A stretch of DNA of 64,000 nucleotides from Macrostomum lignano (Eukaryota). Position numbers and translations under genes: made by a program. The notes beneath the pieces are model-generated. The model was not told where the DNA came from. It saw only the letters and a program-made list of their open reading frames with translations, and ran no database searches. Of this stretch, positions 1-28,690 are shown one piece after another. The stretch is taken from positions 21,065-85,064 of the forward strand of contig NIVC01002333.1 in assembly GCA_002269645.1 (NCBI GenBank), given 5' to 3'. How positions within the stretch are numbered: the first letter of the stretch is position 1; every line of letters starts with the position of its first letter.

Positions 1-717
1 ATAATGAGGGACTAGGGTATTCCCATTTGCTTATTGACAAAATAGCCAAAGTTTTTATTATATCAGTGATATGTATCTAATGTAACTGCATAGTCATTGC
101 TATTTATAATAATTGTTATTAGTGACATTATTTTAATAATTATCTTATTTAATTTAATTTAAAACAATAAAATTTAGCATTCAATTTTACTAGTATTACT
201 GTATATAGGTAAAATGTTCCAATGCTATTTTTTATACAAATATATTACCCATGCATATTCAACTCTAATTCTAGCCAATATGTATCCATGTCTTATAAAT
301 CTTATATATTTATGCATATGCAACTATATATAAATGTCTACATGGGTCATTTATCCTATCAAAATTTATTAAGGACTACTAATAGTCTATAGAGTTGAGA
401 ATATTTGTAAGTAGTATAGCAAAAAATATTGAAGATCTATGTAGAGGCCCCAGTCTAGGGTTGCTAAAAATTGGTAGACTATATATATCTTCAGCTTCAA
501 TTCCTATCTTTCTATCTTGCTATGTGCAATCAACCAATTTTTGCAAGCTGATCTCTTGCAACAAATCTTGATACCTAGTATTGCTCATGGAGCATCATGC
601 ATAATTTATACACATCATGCCATATTAGTTCATTTCACTCTGTCACTAAAGTTTTAAGCCAATATTAAGTCATTTTACATATGAGAAGTAAAAAAAGGAG
701 ATTGCTAGCATTTTCAT

Positions 718-763
718 TAGAACGACATGTTTCGCCTAACTTTAGGCATCATCGGGCATTCTA
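718..763 (-). ncRNA. Degenerate minimal hammerhead ribozyme (core U4>C)
   Basis: Minus strand reads TAGAATGC-CCGATGA-T-GCCTAA AG TTAGGC-GAAAC-AT-GTC-GTTCTA. Core is CCGATGA instead of CTGATGA; stem II perfect; stem III palindromic (ACATGT). Confidence 0.6.
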
Positions 764-2454
764 CATATATACTATGCAAGGTTGGTAACCCTCTTCTATG
801 CATTCTTGACTCCTACAAAGTATCAAAATAGCAAACAGCAATATAGTTTTTTATTTGCAGAAATAGCTAAAAGTCCACAGGGACAAATTAGGGGATTAAG
901 GTAGATGTAGCACTACTTGAATCATGTGTAGATAGGCATTATCATGGTGTAAGAACCAGCCACTCATTGTTGACTATATAGCCTTGCTCTATATAGATCT
1001 TGTGTGTAGACAAGACCCTGCAAGTAAAAAAAAACAATGGCCATTATTTTCTTGGCACTGCTGGATACCTAGGCCTTTGTTGTGGGGGGGCATTGGCACC
1101 CATTGACACTTACTGCTTGGACTAGTTCTTGGTTTCTAGAGTCACATAGTAAAGTCATTTCATTAGCAATAATGATTTGCTGCAAAAAGCCTAGCTCACT
1201 GCATTATATAGAAGAAGTATTAAGCATAGCATAATCAATCAAGTTAAAAGCTATGATTTAATAATTAAAATGTTTGCTGAATGCTGTCAAATTGAGTTTC
1301 TATTGACAATTTATTGATTTTTTATTAATAAAGCCCTACAAGAGAAGCATAAAGTAAAAAAGATAAAACATATAGTTATTTGTCTTTCATTAGATTGATT
1401 CTAGAATAATGCAGATGGCACTTACACAGTTGGATTGGTGGCATGTCTCAGGTTCTGCAAACCCAGACTAATCTCTAGTATTTCTAGAGAATTTTCTATG
1501 CAATGGTCATGTTTTAAATTGAGTGCCAAAATGATATGACATACATTAAAAAGGCTTGAATAGATGACTCCATCTTCACACAAATTCCCAATAATTGCAC
1601 TCTAGTCCAATAACCATCTGATACTGATGCTAAAATGGGACAATTTTGTAGGCCCTTGGGGCATTTTATGTACAATATATACATATTTACATATAGCTAT
1701 ATAATATATACAATGAATAAACAATGTAATAAACAATAAACAATTAACAATTAACAGCAAATAAAGTAGCATAGCAGTATTAAGAAAATCTGACAAGGAG
1801 AAAAATTGAAGGGACAATAAGTCTCAAGTCAATGTATCTAGTTATACCACTTTCACTTTATATAAAAAATAAAATAAAAATGAAACTCATATTACAAAGT
1901 GAGCAGGACAAAACAACTTTTTTAAAACTGCAATAAAAGTAACAAAGGTTTTTAGAACAATAAACTTACAATGCTTAACAAAAGTGTTATTAATAATTAA
2001 TATATATACTTATATGAAAGATTTCAATTTTGATAAAAAGTCCATTTGCTAAGTTTATCTTTTTTGTCTTTTGTAATTTTTAAAGCAAGTATTTTAACTG
2101 ATTTTACAAGAAATTTTTACCTCTATATATTAAATCAATTTTATTGGCTTTTAAACTTTATATGTATAGATTATTGCTTGGGGTTATGTAAAATCACTAA
2201 AATGTATAATTTATGTTCATTTCTGCTCAGTTTGGATACTGTTTAACTGTATTTGCATTCAGCCACTTTTGGCCTAATGATGTTCAGCAGCTTTTTTGGT
2301 CACATACAATTTACAGTGTATGGTAGTCCAAAAAATTTTTTTTCTAGACAACAATGTTCAAACTTTAGAAAACTAAAAAAGTTGGCTTTAAGTTGCTAAA
2401 GTCAATTACGTGGCTCACTATTGCAACACTTCAATACAGAGTATTTGCAAAAAG

Positions 2455-2916
2455 GGTTCCTAGTCATTTCGTCATCTGCCATTTCGTCATCTGGGTGTCT
2501 GGGGTGCTCACCTCGACTATGGTCACTTCGTCATCTTAATTAACATGCACTACCTGAAGAGAGTCATTTCGTCATCCACCAATCATATTAGTTCCAACTT
2601 CAAGTGAATTATTGTGGCAATTAAATATATTTACTTGGAATCCTAATGATCCCAGTCATTTTGTCATCTCGATTGATAAAACCTGTTGATCGATCGGTAT
2701 TGCTTGCCGCAGCTTATAGTTAGGGGGCCTATTAAACAAAAAATTATTTTACACTAACTCAAATCATGCATGCACAGATTGATTGGTTGATGACGAAGTA
2801 TCCAGCATAACTAAATATTTGGTCACTTCGTCATATTTTTTTCAAGCTACTTTGCTTCTGGTCACTTCGTCATCCAATATGATGAAATGGAATATGACGA
2901 TCTGACCAGTGACCGC
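2455..2916. mobile_element. MITE-like insertion with dispersed GTCA(T/C)TTCGTCAT repeats
   Basis: Direct copies at 2463, 2479, 2522, 2563, 2655, 2822, 2861; inverted copies near 2789 and 2879-2913. Family not assigned. Confidence 0.45.
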
Positions 2917-4537
2917 AAATAGCACCATGTTTCAATTAAATTTAGTCTAATTTTTTATGCTAAATATTTTTTTAATTTAATTTTCTCAAGTCAGTAGCTT
3001 TACTTATAAGTAGTATATTAAGCAAATACTGGTTTGTCTCATCAATTTTCAATTAGAAGAATCAGTTGTTATTTTTAAGCAGGTTTTACATAGTAAAAAT
3101 AAGAGATGGTGAGGCACATTAAAAGCAGCTGCTCAAATTAGAACAGGCATGCAGTGACCGAGGCTAAGACAGAGACCATCTAGGAAGTACAGTGACTGAC
3201 TGTTGGGCGAGAGATATAATCCTCCGTCTTTCTTGACTAGCCCTAATGCTCTCAGAAGACTCAGATTTTGAGCAGGGGGCAGGAGTTTGATTAAGGTCTG
3301 CCTTTAACTAGAGCTCGAATGGACAGGGGTTGTCAGATGCTACGGGAAGGGGACCTGCTGGAGTGAGTAAAGAGAGGGATGAGGTGGGAGAGGGAAGTAC
3401 GAGTCCCTGGGTGTGTTGGGGATTGGCTGGCAGTGGCGGGCGTGTTCTCACTGCATGCGCGCCTGATTGCGAACAAAAATCGAGTGCAAAAGATGTCGAT
3501 AAGGCAGACAGAAGCGCGGTAGCCAGGCTTCTTCTTCCCTTGCTCGTTTTAGTTTTGCATTTTTCACCCCGCGACTTACTCTCCAGCTCCACCCCTCTGG
3601 CCTAGCCTGTTTATCACACTAGCCTTCTCTTTTGTGTTTTCGAGTCATTTTGTTATTCCCAGCTTCAATTGCAGTCATAGGGAGAGAGCTCGGATATTGC
3701 AAAGAAGGTAAGCTATATAAAAGTCCCAAAGGGGAATTTCCTGTTTTTTTGGGATGAAGGCTTCAGCTTTATTAGAGGCCCCACCCAGCAATTGTTTTTT
3801 GCTTTTTATCAGTTTCTTGTTAAATTAGCTGTTTCTTTGCTACTTTGCTTGTTTGCATGGGGACAGGTGGGGGGACACGCTTTGAAGATTAATTGAACAG
3901 AATAACGGGCCTTTTTAACTCATTTCGAATTAATAAAACCAAAACCTCATATTACTCATTCCAGCACTTCTTTCCAAGGCAGAAGACTAGAAGGCAGCAA
4001 AGCAAACAAAAAATCCAAGCAGAAAATCTTGCCAATAGCAGCGCAAATGTCTGAGCAGCAGCAGCAGCAGCAGCAGTCGGTGCAACAGGAGCAGCAAGAG
4101 CAGGAGCAGCAAGAGCCGGAGCAGCAATCTGCTGAGCAACAGCTGCCGCAGCAAAAGCAGCAACACCTCAGCCAGGAGCAAGAGTTAGTACTCAGTATAA
4201 TATGGATTTGACCATGGTGTCTTAGTCTGCCCCACATACGCTTATAGTAGTAACTAGACAGGCCACTTCTTAGGCGTATTGTTTGGTAAAAACTGTTTGT
4301 CAACTTTCAGTTCAGTGGGTGAGAAGTCCTGTTTGTCATTGTCGCCAGCTTGTAGCTCGCAGCATAAACGGTTTAGACCTTGTGAAGTTTCGAGCTTCGA
4401 GCTTGTGAAAGCAACCTGTCGAGCTTTTCTTTTGGTCCAAATGACTGAAATTTGAGTCTTACTCTAAAATGCAGAAATGCTTGTGTTAATCTGACAGTGG
4501 CTTGTCAAGAATTTGATTCTATTCCGCATTTTTCCAG

Positions 4538-6691
4538 CCTAAAACTTTCAGATTGCAGACTCGCGAGGCGTTGAACCAGCAGACGGCTATCCAGTTCCGT
4601 CAGTACGCAGCCGAGCAGCATCCCAACAATGCAGCTAAGCAGCAGGAGCTCATTAGCCAGCTGCAGGAGCAGCACTATCAGCAGTACATTAGCATGTCCT
4701 ATGAGCAGCAGTTGCATCATCAGAGGGAGCAGGCCAGGCAGCTACTTATGCAGCGCCGGCAACCGAATTCGTCTAGCCCTAGCAACCAAGAGGCTGCTAA
4801 TGTTGCCGTTGAATCGCTCGACGGTGGAGCCGAAACCGACGCCGCCGGAGATGATGAAGCGCCTCCGGCCAGTGCTGATTCTGGAACTGCGGTTCTGCCG
4901 ATTTCGCCGAGCGGCGATCCCGCCCTGGAGGGCATCGACGGTGAGCAGTGGCTTGGTGATCACCCGCCTCCGTCCACCACGCTTACACCTAACTCTGCGA
5001 AGCACCCACCTCACTCCGCCAAGCACCCACCTCACTCCACTAAGCACCCACCTCACTCCACCAAATATCCACCTCGCTCCGCCAAGCACCCCTTCCTCCG
5101 CCAAGCACCCACCTCACTCCAATAAGCACCCGCCTTCCTCCACCAAGCACCCACCTCACTCCGCCCAGCACCTCACTCTGCAAATCCACCTACTCCTCCA
5201 CCCACCTCCGCCAAGCACCCACCTTCCTAATTCTCGTCAAAACTGTGAGTCCCCAATCTCTAAACTTCAGAGCCCCTGCCCGAGATGCCGCAGCTGATTC
5301 CCGCCAGTATTTGGACTCGCCAGAACATTGCCGAATTTAAGAAAGAGATTCTGCGCGACAGCAAGCACTGCTGCATTAAGATCGGGTCTCTGGCTACTGC
5401 CACTGTAGGTGCCAAATCTTTCAATGTTCATCTGCATTTTAATTCAATTTTTTTCTAAATTCAAGCGTGCGCTAATTTTGCTCGTAGGTCCGGGTTCCAA
5501 CCCACGAGGAGGGCACGTGCATTGTTTGGGAATTCGCCACTGATCATTACGATTTGGGATTTGGCGTCTATTTCGAATGGACTATCACACCGTCGGACAA
5601 GGTGACAGTGCAAATTAGCGAAAGCTCCGACGAAGAGGACGATGATGAAGGAGAAGATGGAGAAGCCCCGCGCGGCGAGGGCGGTGAGCAGCTTTTTGAG
5701 CATTGCGGAACTTTATTTTAGTGTAAAGAGAACTACTCTGTTATAGGGTGCTAACGCATTCTGACACCCACCTCAATCCGACACCCAGCCACCGCCACCG
5801 CCTCACTGCCAACCACCTTACTCCCACAACCACCTCACTCCGCCAACCACCTCACTCCGCCAACCACCTCACTCCGCCAACCACCTCACTCCGCCAACCA
5901 CCTCACTCCCCCACTGACCTCACTCCGCCACCCACCTCACTCTGCTACCCACCCCACTCCGCCAACCACCTCACTCCGCTACCAACCCACTCAGCCAACC
6001 ACCTCACTCCGCTACCCACCCCGCTCCGCCAACCACCTCACTCCGCTACCCAACCCCACTCCGCCAAGCACCTCACTCCGCTACCCAACCCCACTCCGCC
6101 AACCACCTCACTCCGCTACCCAACCCCACTCCGCCAAGCACCTCACTCCGCTACCCAACCCCACTCCGCCAACCACCTCACTCCGCTACCCAACCCCACT
6201 CCGCCAACCACCTCACTCCGCTACCCAACCCCACTCCGCCAACCACCTCACTCCGCTACCCACCCCACTCCGCCAACCACCTCACTCCGCTACCCACCCC
6301 ACTCCGCCAACCACCTCACTCCGCTACCCACCCCACTCCGCCAACCACCTCACTCCGCTACCCACCCCACTCCGCCAACCACCTCACTCCGCTACCCAAC
6401 CCCACTCAGCCAACCACCTCACTCCGCTACCCACCCCACTCCGCCAACCACCTCACTCCGCCGTCAGACGTGGAGCGCCCCGACGATCCCGAGCGTGGTT
6501 CTCGACGCCGCCGCGATGACGATAAATCAATCGACGAGATCATACCAGTGTACAGGCGCGACTGCCACGAGGAGGTCTACTGCGGCAGCCACCAGTACCC
6601 TGGCAGAGGTGTGTACCTGTTGAAGTTCGACAACTCTTACTCGCTGTGGCGCTCCAAGTGGCTCTACTATCGAGTCTTTTACACCAGATAG
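4538..6691 (+). CDS. ACBD3: Golgi resident protein GCP60 / acyl-CoA-binding domain protein 3, 3' part (Q-rich region plus GOLD domain); 5' exons not found in the window
   Basis: Exons 4538 (or 4552)-4940, 5271-5404, 5488-5683, 6468-6691; all GT-AG and phase-consistent. Peptides [76 protein letters not shown] and the terminal [52 protein letters not shown] match ACBD3 as I recall it. Confidence 0.93.
4995..5225. repeat. C-rich ~21-bp minisatellite (GCCAAGCACCCACCTCACTCC), ACBD3 intron
   Basis: Tandem copies seen directly. Confidence 0.85.
5765..6462. repeat. C-rich minisatellite (CCACCTCACTCCGCCAA / CTACCCACCCCACTCCG) running up to the ACBD3 last-exon acceptor
   Basis: Tandem copies seen directly. 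Confidence 0.9.
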
Positions 6692-7140
6692 ACCGCGGCT
6701 GTTTAGTCTGAAGACTGAAAGCAATACTGTAATACCCGTTTATTAATGTTGTAGACGGCTTGTCTGTTTCCTTTGCTTGCTATCGTGTTCGCCGAAAATT
6801 TCGGGTTAAAAGACGAAATAAAAAAAATTGTATTTTCAGTTCTGTTGTTGTTGCGTGTCCAACGTGTTTTTTCTGAATGCTCTGTTTATATGCGGACAGT
6901 TACAAACCTTTGATTTATAATCGTGTTTTCAATTCTATTTATATAATTTTTGAGCGCATTTTTATTGAACTCCAGTTTTGTTACTGGCCCGTTTTTTGAT
7001 ATTTTCATGTCGTGCTCTGAAATAAGTTATTGAGCTGATGATGTGCACTGTGAAATATTTGTTACTTCACATGTCGGTAGATTGCAAACGTCCTTATGAA
7101 CTGGAATTCACTAGTGCACAGCCACTGAGCTAATCTACCT

Positions 7141-7885
<745 letters not shown>

Positions 7886-8577
7886 TGTGTCACTTTACTC
7901 TGTCTTGGAGCACCTACTCAAGCACAGCTTTTAATTGCATCTCTTGTGTGTCTCGCGTTTAGCGGTTAGTGAACGCCATCGGCGCAAGTTGTTTATTAGC
8001 TATCCGCAGTTCCGCTTCTGTGTAGGCCATCGTTAAACTTTATTGTGCAACTCTGAATAAAAAAAGAATAAAATCTCGCTGTTCAAAGAATCATGGAAAT
8101 TTTGAAATTAATAAAAAACGCTTGCATAGTAGTATTATATGTCTCGTCCAGGCCCAGTCACAGCTGTTTGTTATTAACTGTGCGTACTGCTTGATTAATT
8201 AATTTAATAATCTGTCTCATTGTGGCCTAGTCAGAGTAATCAGCACATCTTTGATCTAAATTTTTTGTGAATATACTATTAAATATATATATATATACAC
8301 ATATATTTGTATACGCCGTTTGTAGTTGTTACAAACTCTGGTAAACTGTGTTAATTTTTTCATGATAATTAAATCATAGCTATGTCAGGTTCAGTGGATG
8401 GATATCCAGCCTCTTCGAGCTGCATCGAATTAGTAAAAAATTCTAGAGAATAGCTCTGCTATAGTGTATCTGTTAATTTAACTTGTAATGTCTAGTGTTT
8501 TGTAAAAATTCAAATATTTCTACTATCAGTAGCTTGAAAGCGCATTTTATTTTAATTCAAGATTCCATATTATTTGC

Positions 8578-23655
<15,078 letters not shown>

Positions 23656-23844
23656 GGTTCTGAGCAGCGGCTTACAGTGTTTGTCCACCCAGATTCCATT
23701 GGATGTATTTGCTTATATTTATATGCTGGCAGTATGTATACCTATGTTCTGTTCATTTTATGTGTATTGTGGTTTTTGTTGCTTCTTATTGAACTGCTAG
23801 TGCGTTTTTTGTGTTGAGGTTGGTTTTGTTAGGAAAAATGACCC

Positions 23845-24460
23845 GTATCCAAGGTAAACAAACCGTTGCTATGGGCCGTTTAGCCGTATCCGAGATAAAC
23901 AAGCCGTTGCTATGGCTATAAAGGCCGTATCCAACGCAAACAACCCGTTGCTATGGCTTGAATGGCGATATCGATCAATGATAAACAATTCGTTGCTATG
24001 GACCGTATAGCCGTATCTAAGGTAAACAATCCGTTACTATGGCCTTATCAAACAGAGACAATCAGTTGCCTTGGCTCGAATGGCCGTATCCAACCCAAAC
24101 AATCCGTTGCTATGGCTTGAATGGCGGTATCCAAGGTAGATAGTTCGTTGCTATGGGCCGTATAGCCGTATCTAAGTGAAACAATCGTTGCTATGGTTTT
24201 CAAGATGGTATCCAAGGCAATCAATCAGTTGCTATGGGTCGTATAGCCGTATCTAAGGTAAATATTCCGTTACCTATGGCCTTATCAAACAGAAATAATC
24301 AGTTGCTTTGGCTCGAAAGGCCGTATCCAAAGGAAAAAATCTGTAGCCTTGGCTCTAATGGCCGTATCCAACCTAAACAATCCGTTGCTATGGTTTTCAA
24401 GATGGTATCCAAGGCAATCAATCAGTTGCTATGGGTCGTATAGCCGTATCTAAGGTAAAC
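23845..24460. repeat. Degenerate ~41-bp satellite (GCCGTATC..AAACAATCCGTTGCTATGG) downstream of the SEL1L stop
   Basis: About 14 copies; larger blocks are duplicated within the array. Confidence 0.8.
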
Positions 24461-24902
24461 AGAAGCTTTTATTACCTAGTCAGGATAGGCCTGTTTATTG
24501 TTTGGTGTTTTTTTCTGTTCCCCATCTCTCCTTGTCGATTTTAAAAATCTAACACGATTTCTGTTTCCAACGATTTCTATGTCGTGCTGACCATAAGCGT
24601 GCGTAGTTCCTGACCTGATCCTCCCGCCTCTGGCCAATGCTTCGATCCCGCCATTCTATCCACCTGTATTCTCTATTTGCTTGATTTGTACGCCTTGTTT
24701 TTATTCTGAGTTTTGTTTTCGTCAATGCTAGTTATGCAACCGGCAGGTGGTGAGAGCCTTCATTGCTAAAATATAAATTCTGAATCACCTTTGCTTGTTT
24801 CTTCATGCCTTTGTTTAACTGGTAATTAATGGCAAACTTGTGTCACGTGTTATGTTTTCCATTTTAACCTAGATTCATTGGTTAACCCGACTGTGCCACT
24901 TT

Positions 24903-24904
24903 CC

Positions 24905-24937
<33 letters not shown>

Positions 24938-24996
24938 TAGTGTCTGTGTGTCTGTGTGTCTGTCTGTCTGTCTGTCTGTCTGTCTTAGTGTCTGTG

Positions 24997-25029
<33 letters not shown>

Positions 25030-25066
25030 TAGTGTCTGTGTGTCTGTCTGTGTGTCTGTCTGTCTG

Positions 25067-25111
<45 letters not shown>

Positions 25112-25114
25112 TAG

Positions 25115-25155
<41 letters not shown>

Positions 25156-25174
25156 TAGTGTCTGTGTGTCTGTG

Positions 25175-25229
<55 letters not shown>

Positions 25230-25320
25230 GTCTGTCTGTCTGTCTGTCTTAGTGTCTGTCTTAGTGTCTGTGTGTCTGTGTGTCTGTCTGTCTGTCTGTC
25301 TTAGTGTCTGTGTGTCTGTG

Positions 25321-25365
<45 letters not shown>

Positions 25366-25384
25366 TAGTGTCTGTGTGTCTGTG

Positions 25385-25417
<33 letters not shown>

Positions 25418-25436
25418 TAGTGTCTGTGTGTCTGTG

Positions 25437-25469
<33 letters not shown>

Positions 25470-25480
25470 TAGTGTCTGTG

Positions 25481-25535
<55 letters not shown>

Positions 25536-25658
25536 GTCTGTCTGTCTGTCTGTGTGTCTGTCTGTGTGTCTGTCTTAGTGTCTGTGTGTCTGTCTGTCTG
25601 TCTGTCTGTCTGTCTTAGTGTCTGTCTGTGTGTCTGTCTGTCTGTCTGTCTGTCTGTC

Positions 25659-25694
<36 letters not shown>

Positions 25695-25793
25695 TAGTGT
25701 CTGTGTGTCTGTGTGTCTGTCTGTCTGTCTGTCTTAGTGTCTGTGTGTCTGTGTGTCTGTCTGTCTGTCTGTCTTAGTGTCTGTGTGTCTGTG

Positions 25794-25826
<33 letters not shown>

Positions 25827-25885
25827 TAGTGTCTGTGTGTCTGTGTGTCTGTCTGTCTGTCTGTCTGTCTGTCTTAGTGTCTGTG

Positions 25886-25918
<33 letters not shown>

Positions 25919-25941
25919 TAGTGTCTGTGTGTCTGTCTGTG

Positions 25942-26020
<79 letters not shown>

Positions 26021-26031
26021 TAGTGTCTGTG

Positions 26032-26068
<37 letters not shown>

Positions 26069-26087
26069 TAGTGTCTGTGTGTCTGTG

Positions 26088-26126
<39 letters not shown>

Positions 26127-26241
26127 GTCTGTCTGTCTGTCTGTCTTAGTGTCTGTCTTAGTGTCTGTGTGTCTGTCTGTCTGTCTGTCTGTCTGTGTGT
26201 CTGTGTGTCTGTGTGTCTGTCTGTCTGTCTGTCTGTCTGTC

Positions 26242-26273
<32 letters not shown>

Positions 26274-26364
26274 TAGTGTCTGTGTGTCTGTGTGTCTGTC
26301 TGTCTGTCTGTCTGTCTTAGTGTCTGTCTGTGTGTCTGTGTGTCTGTCTGTCTGTCTGTCTGTC

Positions 26365-26406
<42 letters not shown>
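24903..26406. repeat. (GTCT)n microsatellite with GTCTTAGTGTCTGTGT interruptions
   Basis: Seen directly. Confidence 0.95.
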
Positions 26407-27204
26407 TTATTTATTCTGTAATAAACCCATGACTTGAGGTTATTACAATTATTTAATACCCTTAACCAAATAGGCCGGCTGGGAAGTGATTATCAAACCA
26501 TCAAAAGTGCAGATTCATTACTGTCAACAAATCGCTCGTAAATCGCTTTGCTCCTCCATCTTGTTGTCGATGCAGTTTAGCATCATAAACCAACTAGACG
26601 AGAATGTTAATTATCGCAATCTGAGACAAGGACCAGCCAAGCTGATATGCTTCGCAACTCTGTTTTCCGGAATCATTTTGCGGCTCGATAGATTTTATTA
26701 AGAGAAACTCTGAGCTCAACTCCCCCCCCCCTTGCTGAGATCTGCTTTCAACAGTTTCGCCATCAGGTGAAGCTGAAAGAAAAGGAGACGGGAGGGTTCT
26801 CAGGATTTCTCCTAAGCTGAGGAAGACTCTCAAGTGCGGCCTCATTAGCCTCATCACCTGAATCAGTCCTTCCGCTTCCTTGCCAATAATCCTCACTGCA
26901 TGGCAACATGGATAATTCCGGGCATCTAGGAATCAACTATCAATCAGCCAGTTTATCCGCCCGTAGTTTCTATGCAGGATTTGCTTACTTCCTGTGCATT
27001 TCTTGATTGATCCGGATTAAGCAGGCATCGAATTACTGGCTGCATAGCATTTGAGTTTGGTCATCGATTCCGTTATGAGCAAGTTGAAAACATCGTAAAA
27101 ATTCAACTCTGCAAAAAAAGCTTGACCTGTTTTTTTTCCTGGTTTCTCCACAGACACTGAATTTGATTAAAATGTTGGCTGTTTAGCTTCATTTGCTCAA
27201 TAAA

Positions 27205-28440
27205 CCGTTGAAGTTTCGAGTTTCTGAACTTTCGAGTTCCTGAAGTTTCGAGCTTGTGAAGTGTCTAACTTTTTTCGAGTACGTGAGGTTTCAAGTACGT
27301 AAAGTTTCCAGTTCCTGAAGTTTCGAGTTCCTGAAGTTTCGAGTTCCTGAAGTTTCGAGTTCCTGAAGTTTCGAGTTCCTGAAGTTTGAGTTCCTGAAGT
27401 TTCGAGTTCCTGAAGTTTCGAGTTCCTGAAGTTTCGAGTTCCTGAAGTTTGAGTTCCTGAAGTTTCGAGTTCCTGAAGTTTCGAGTTCCTGAAGCTTCGA
27501 GTTCCTGAAGTTTCGAGCTTGTGAAGTGTCTAACTTTTTTCGAGTACGTGAGGTTTCGAGTACGTAAAGTTTCCAGTTCCTGAAGTTTCGAGTTCCTGAA
27601 GTTTCGAGTTCCTGAAGTTTGAGTTCCTGAAGTTTCGAGTTCCTGAAGTTTCGAGTTCCTGAAGTTTCGAGTTCCTGAAGTTTCGAGTTCCTGAAGTTTC
27701 GAGTTCCTGAAGTTTCGAGTTCCTGAAGTTTCGAGTTCCTGAAGTTTCGAGTTCCTGAAGTTTCGAGTTCCTGAAGTTTCGAGTTCCTGAAGTTTGAGTT
27801 CCTGAAGTTTCGAGTTCCTGAAGTTTCGAGTTCCTGAAGTTTCGAGTTCCTGAAGTTTCGAGTTCCTGAAGTTTCGAGTTCCTGAAGTTTCGAGTTCCTG
27901 AAGTTTCGAGTTCCTGAAGTTTCGAGTTCCTGAAGTTTCGAGTTCCTGAAGTTTGAGTTCCTGAAGTTTCGAGTTCCTGAAGTTTCGAGTTTCTGAAGTT
28001 TCGAGTTCCTGAAGTTTCGAGTTCCTGAAGTTTCGAGTTCCTGAAGTTTCGAGTTCCTGAAGTTTCGAGTTCCTGAAGTTTCGAGTTCCTGAAGTTTCGA
28101 GTTCCTGAAGTTTCGAGTTCCTGAAGTTTCGAGTTCCTGAAGTTTCGAGTTCCTGAAGTTTCGAGTTCCTGAAGTTTCGAGTTCCTGAAGTTTCGAGTTC
28201 CTGAAGTTTCGAGTTCCTGAAGTTTCGAGTTCCTGAAGTTTGAGTTCCTGAAGTTTCGAGTTCCTGAAGTTTCGAGTTCCTGAAGTTTCGAGTTCCTGAA
28301 GTTTCGAGTTCCTGAAGTTTCGAGTTCCTGAAGTTTCGAGTTCCTGAAGTTTCGAGTTCCTGAAGTTTCGAGTTCCTGAAGTTTCGAGTTCCTGAAGTTT
28401 CGAGTTCCTGAAGTTTCGAGTTCCTGAAGTTTCGAGTTCT
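27205..28440. repeat. 16-bp GTTCCTGAAGTTTCGA minisatellite; each unit matches a three-unit heat-shock element
   Basis: About 70 near-identical copies, a few 15-bp variants, and two copies of a ~55-bp interruption. Confidence 0.95.
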
Positions 28441-28604
28441 TAAGAAGCTGTAGTCATTATTCACTGGATATGCGATTATTCTCTCCAGGAAAATGTCTAA
28501 AAAGACGATTTTCCATAATCCACACAGAACATTGATGTTTAATATAGATGAGAAAAACGTCATTGAGCATGAGTTCCTTAGCTCGTAAATTTTTTAACAT
28601 ATAT

Positions 28605-28690
28605 AATATGATCCTCAGTCATAGAATCGACCCTCAGTCATAGAATTGCTCATCAGTCATAGAATTCATCCTCAGTCATAGAGATCAGTC
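28605..28690. repeat. Short ~20-bp CCTCAGTCATAGAAT array
   Basis: 4-5 copies. Confidence 0.7.

Noticed and set aside
3300-3700. Short ORFs on both strands, possibly a retroelement remnant
   Set aside because: Only a vague resemblance (KRAREEEAW) to a GIY-YIG tail; not supportable without a search.
3960-4211. Q/E-rich ORF as an upstream ACBD3 exon
   Set aside because: No convincing donor in phase with the 4538/4552 exon and no ACB-domain or E/R coiled-coil similarity; left unassigned.
26752-26770. CTGATG..GAAAC on the minus strand as a third hammerhead
   Set aside because: Lacks the GA of CUGANGA and has no stem II.
26480-27060. Possible shared retroelement fragments here and at 39230-39470 and 40080-40900 (CATGGCAAC, LLPC/MLPC, SFSF)
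   Set aside because: Matches are too short to separate from chance by eye.
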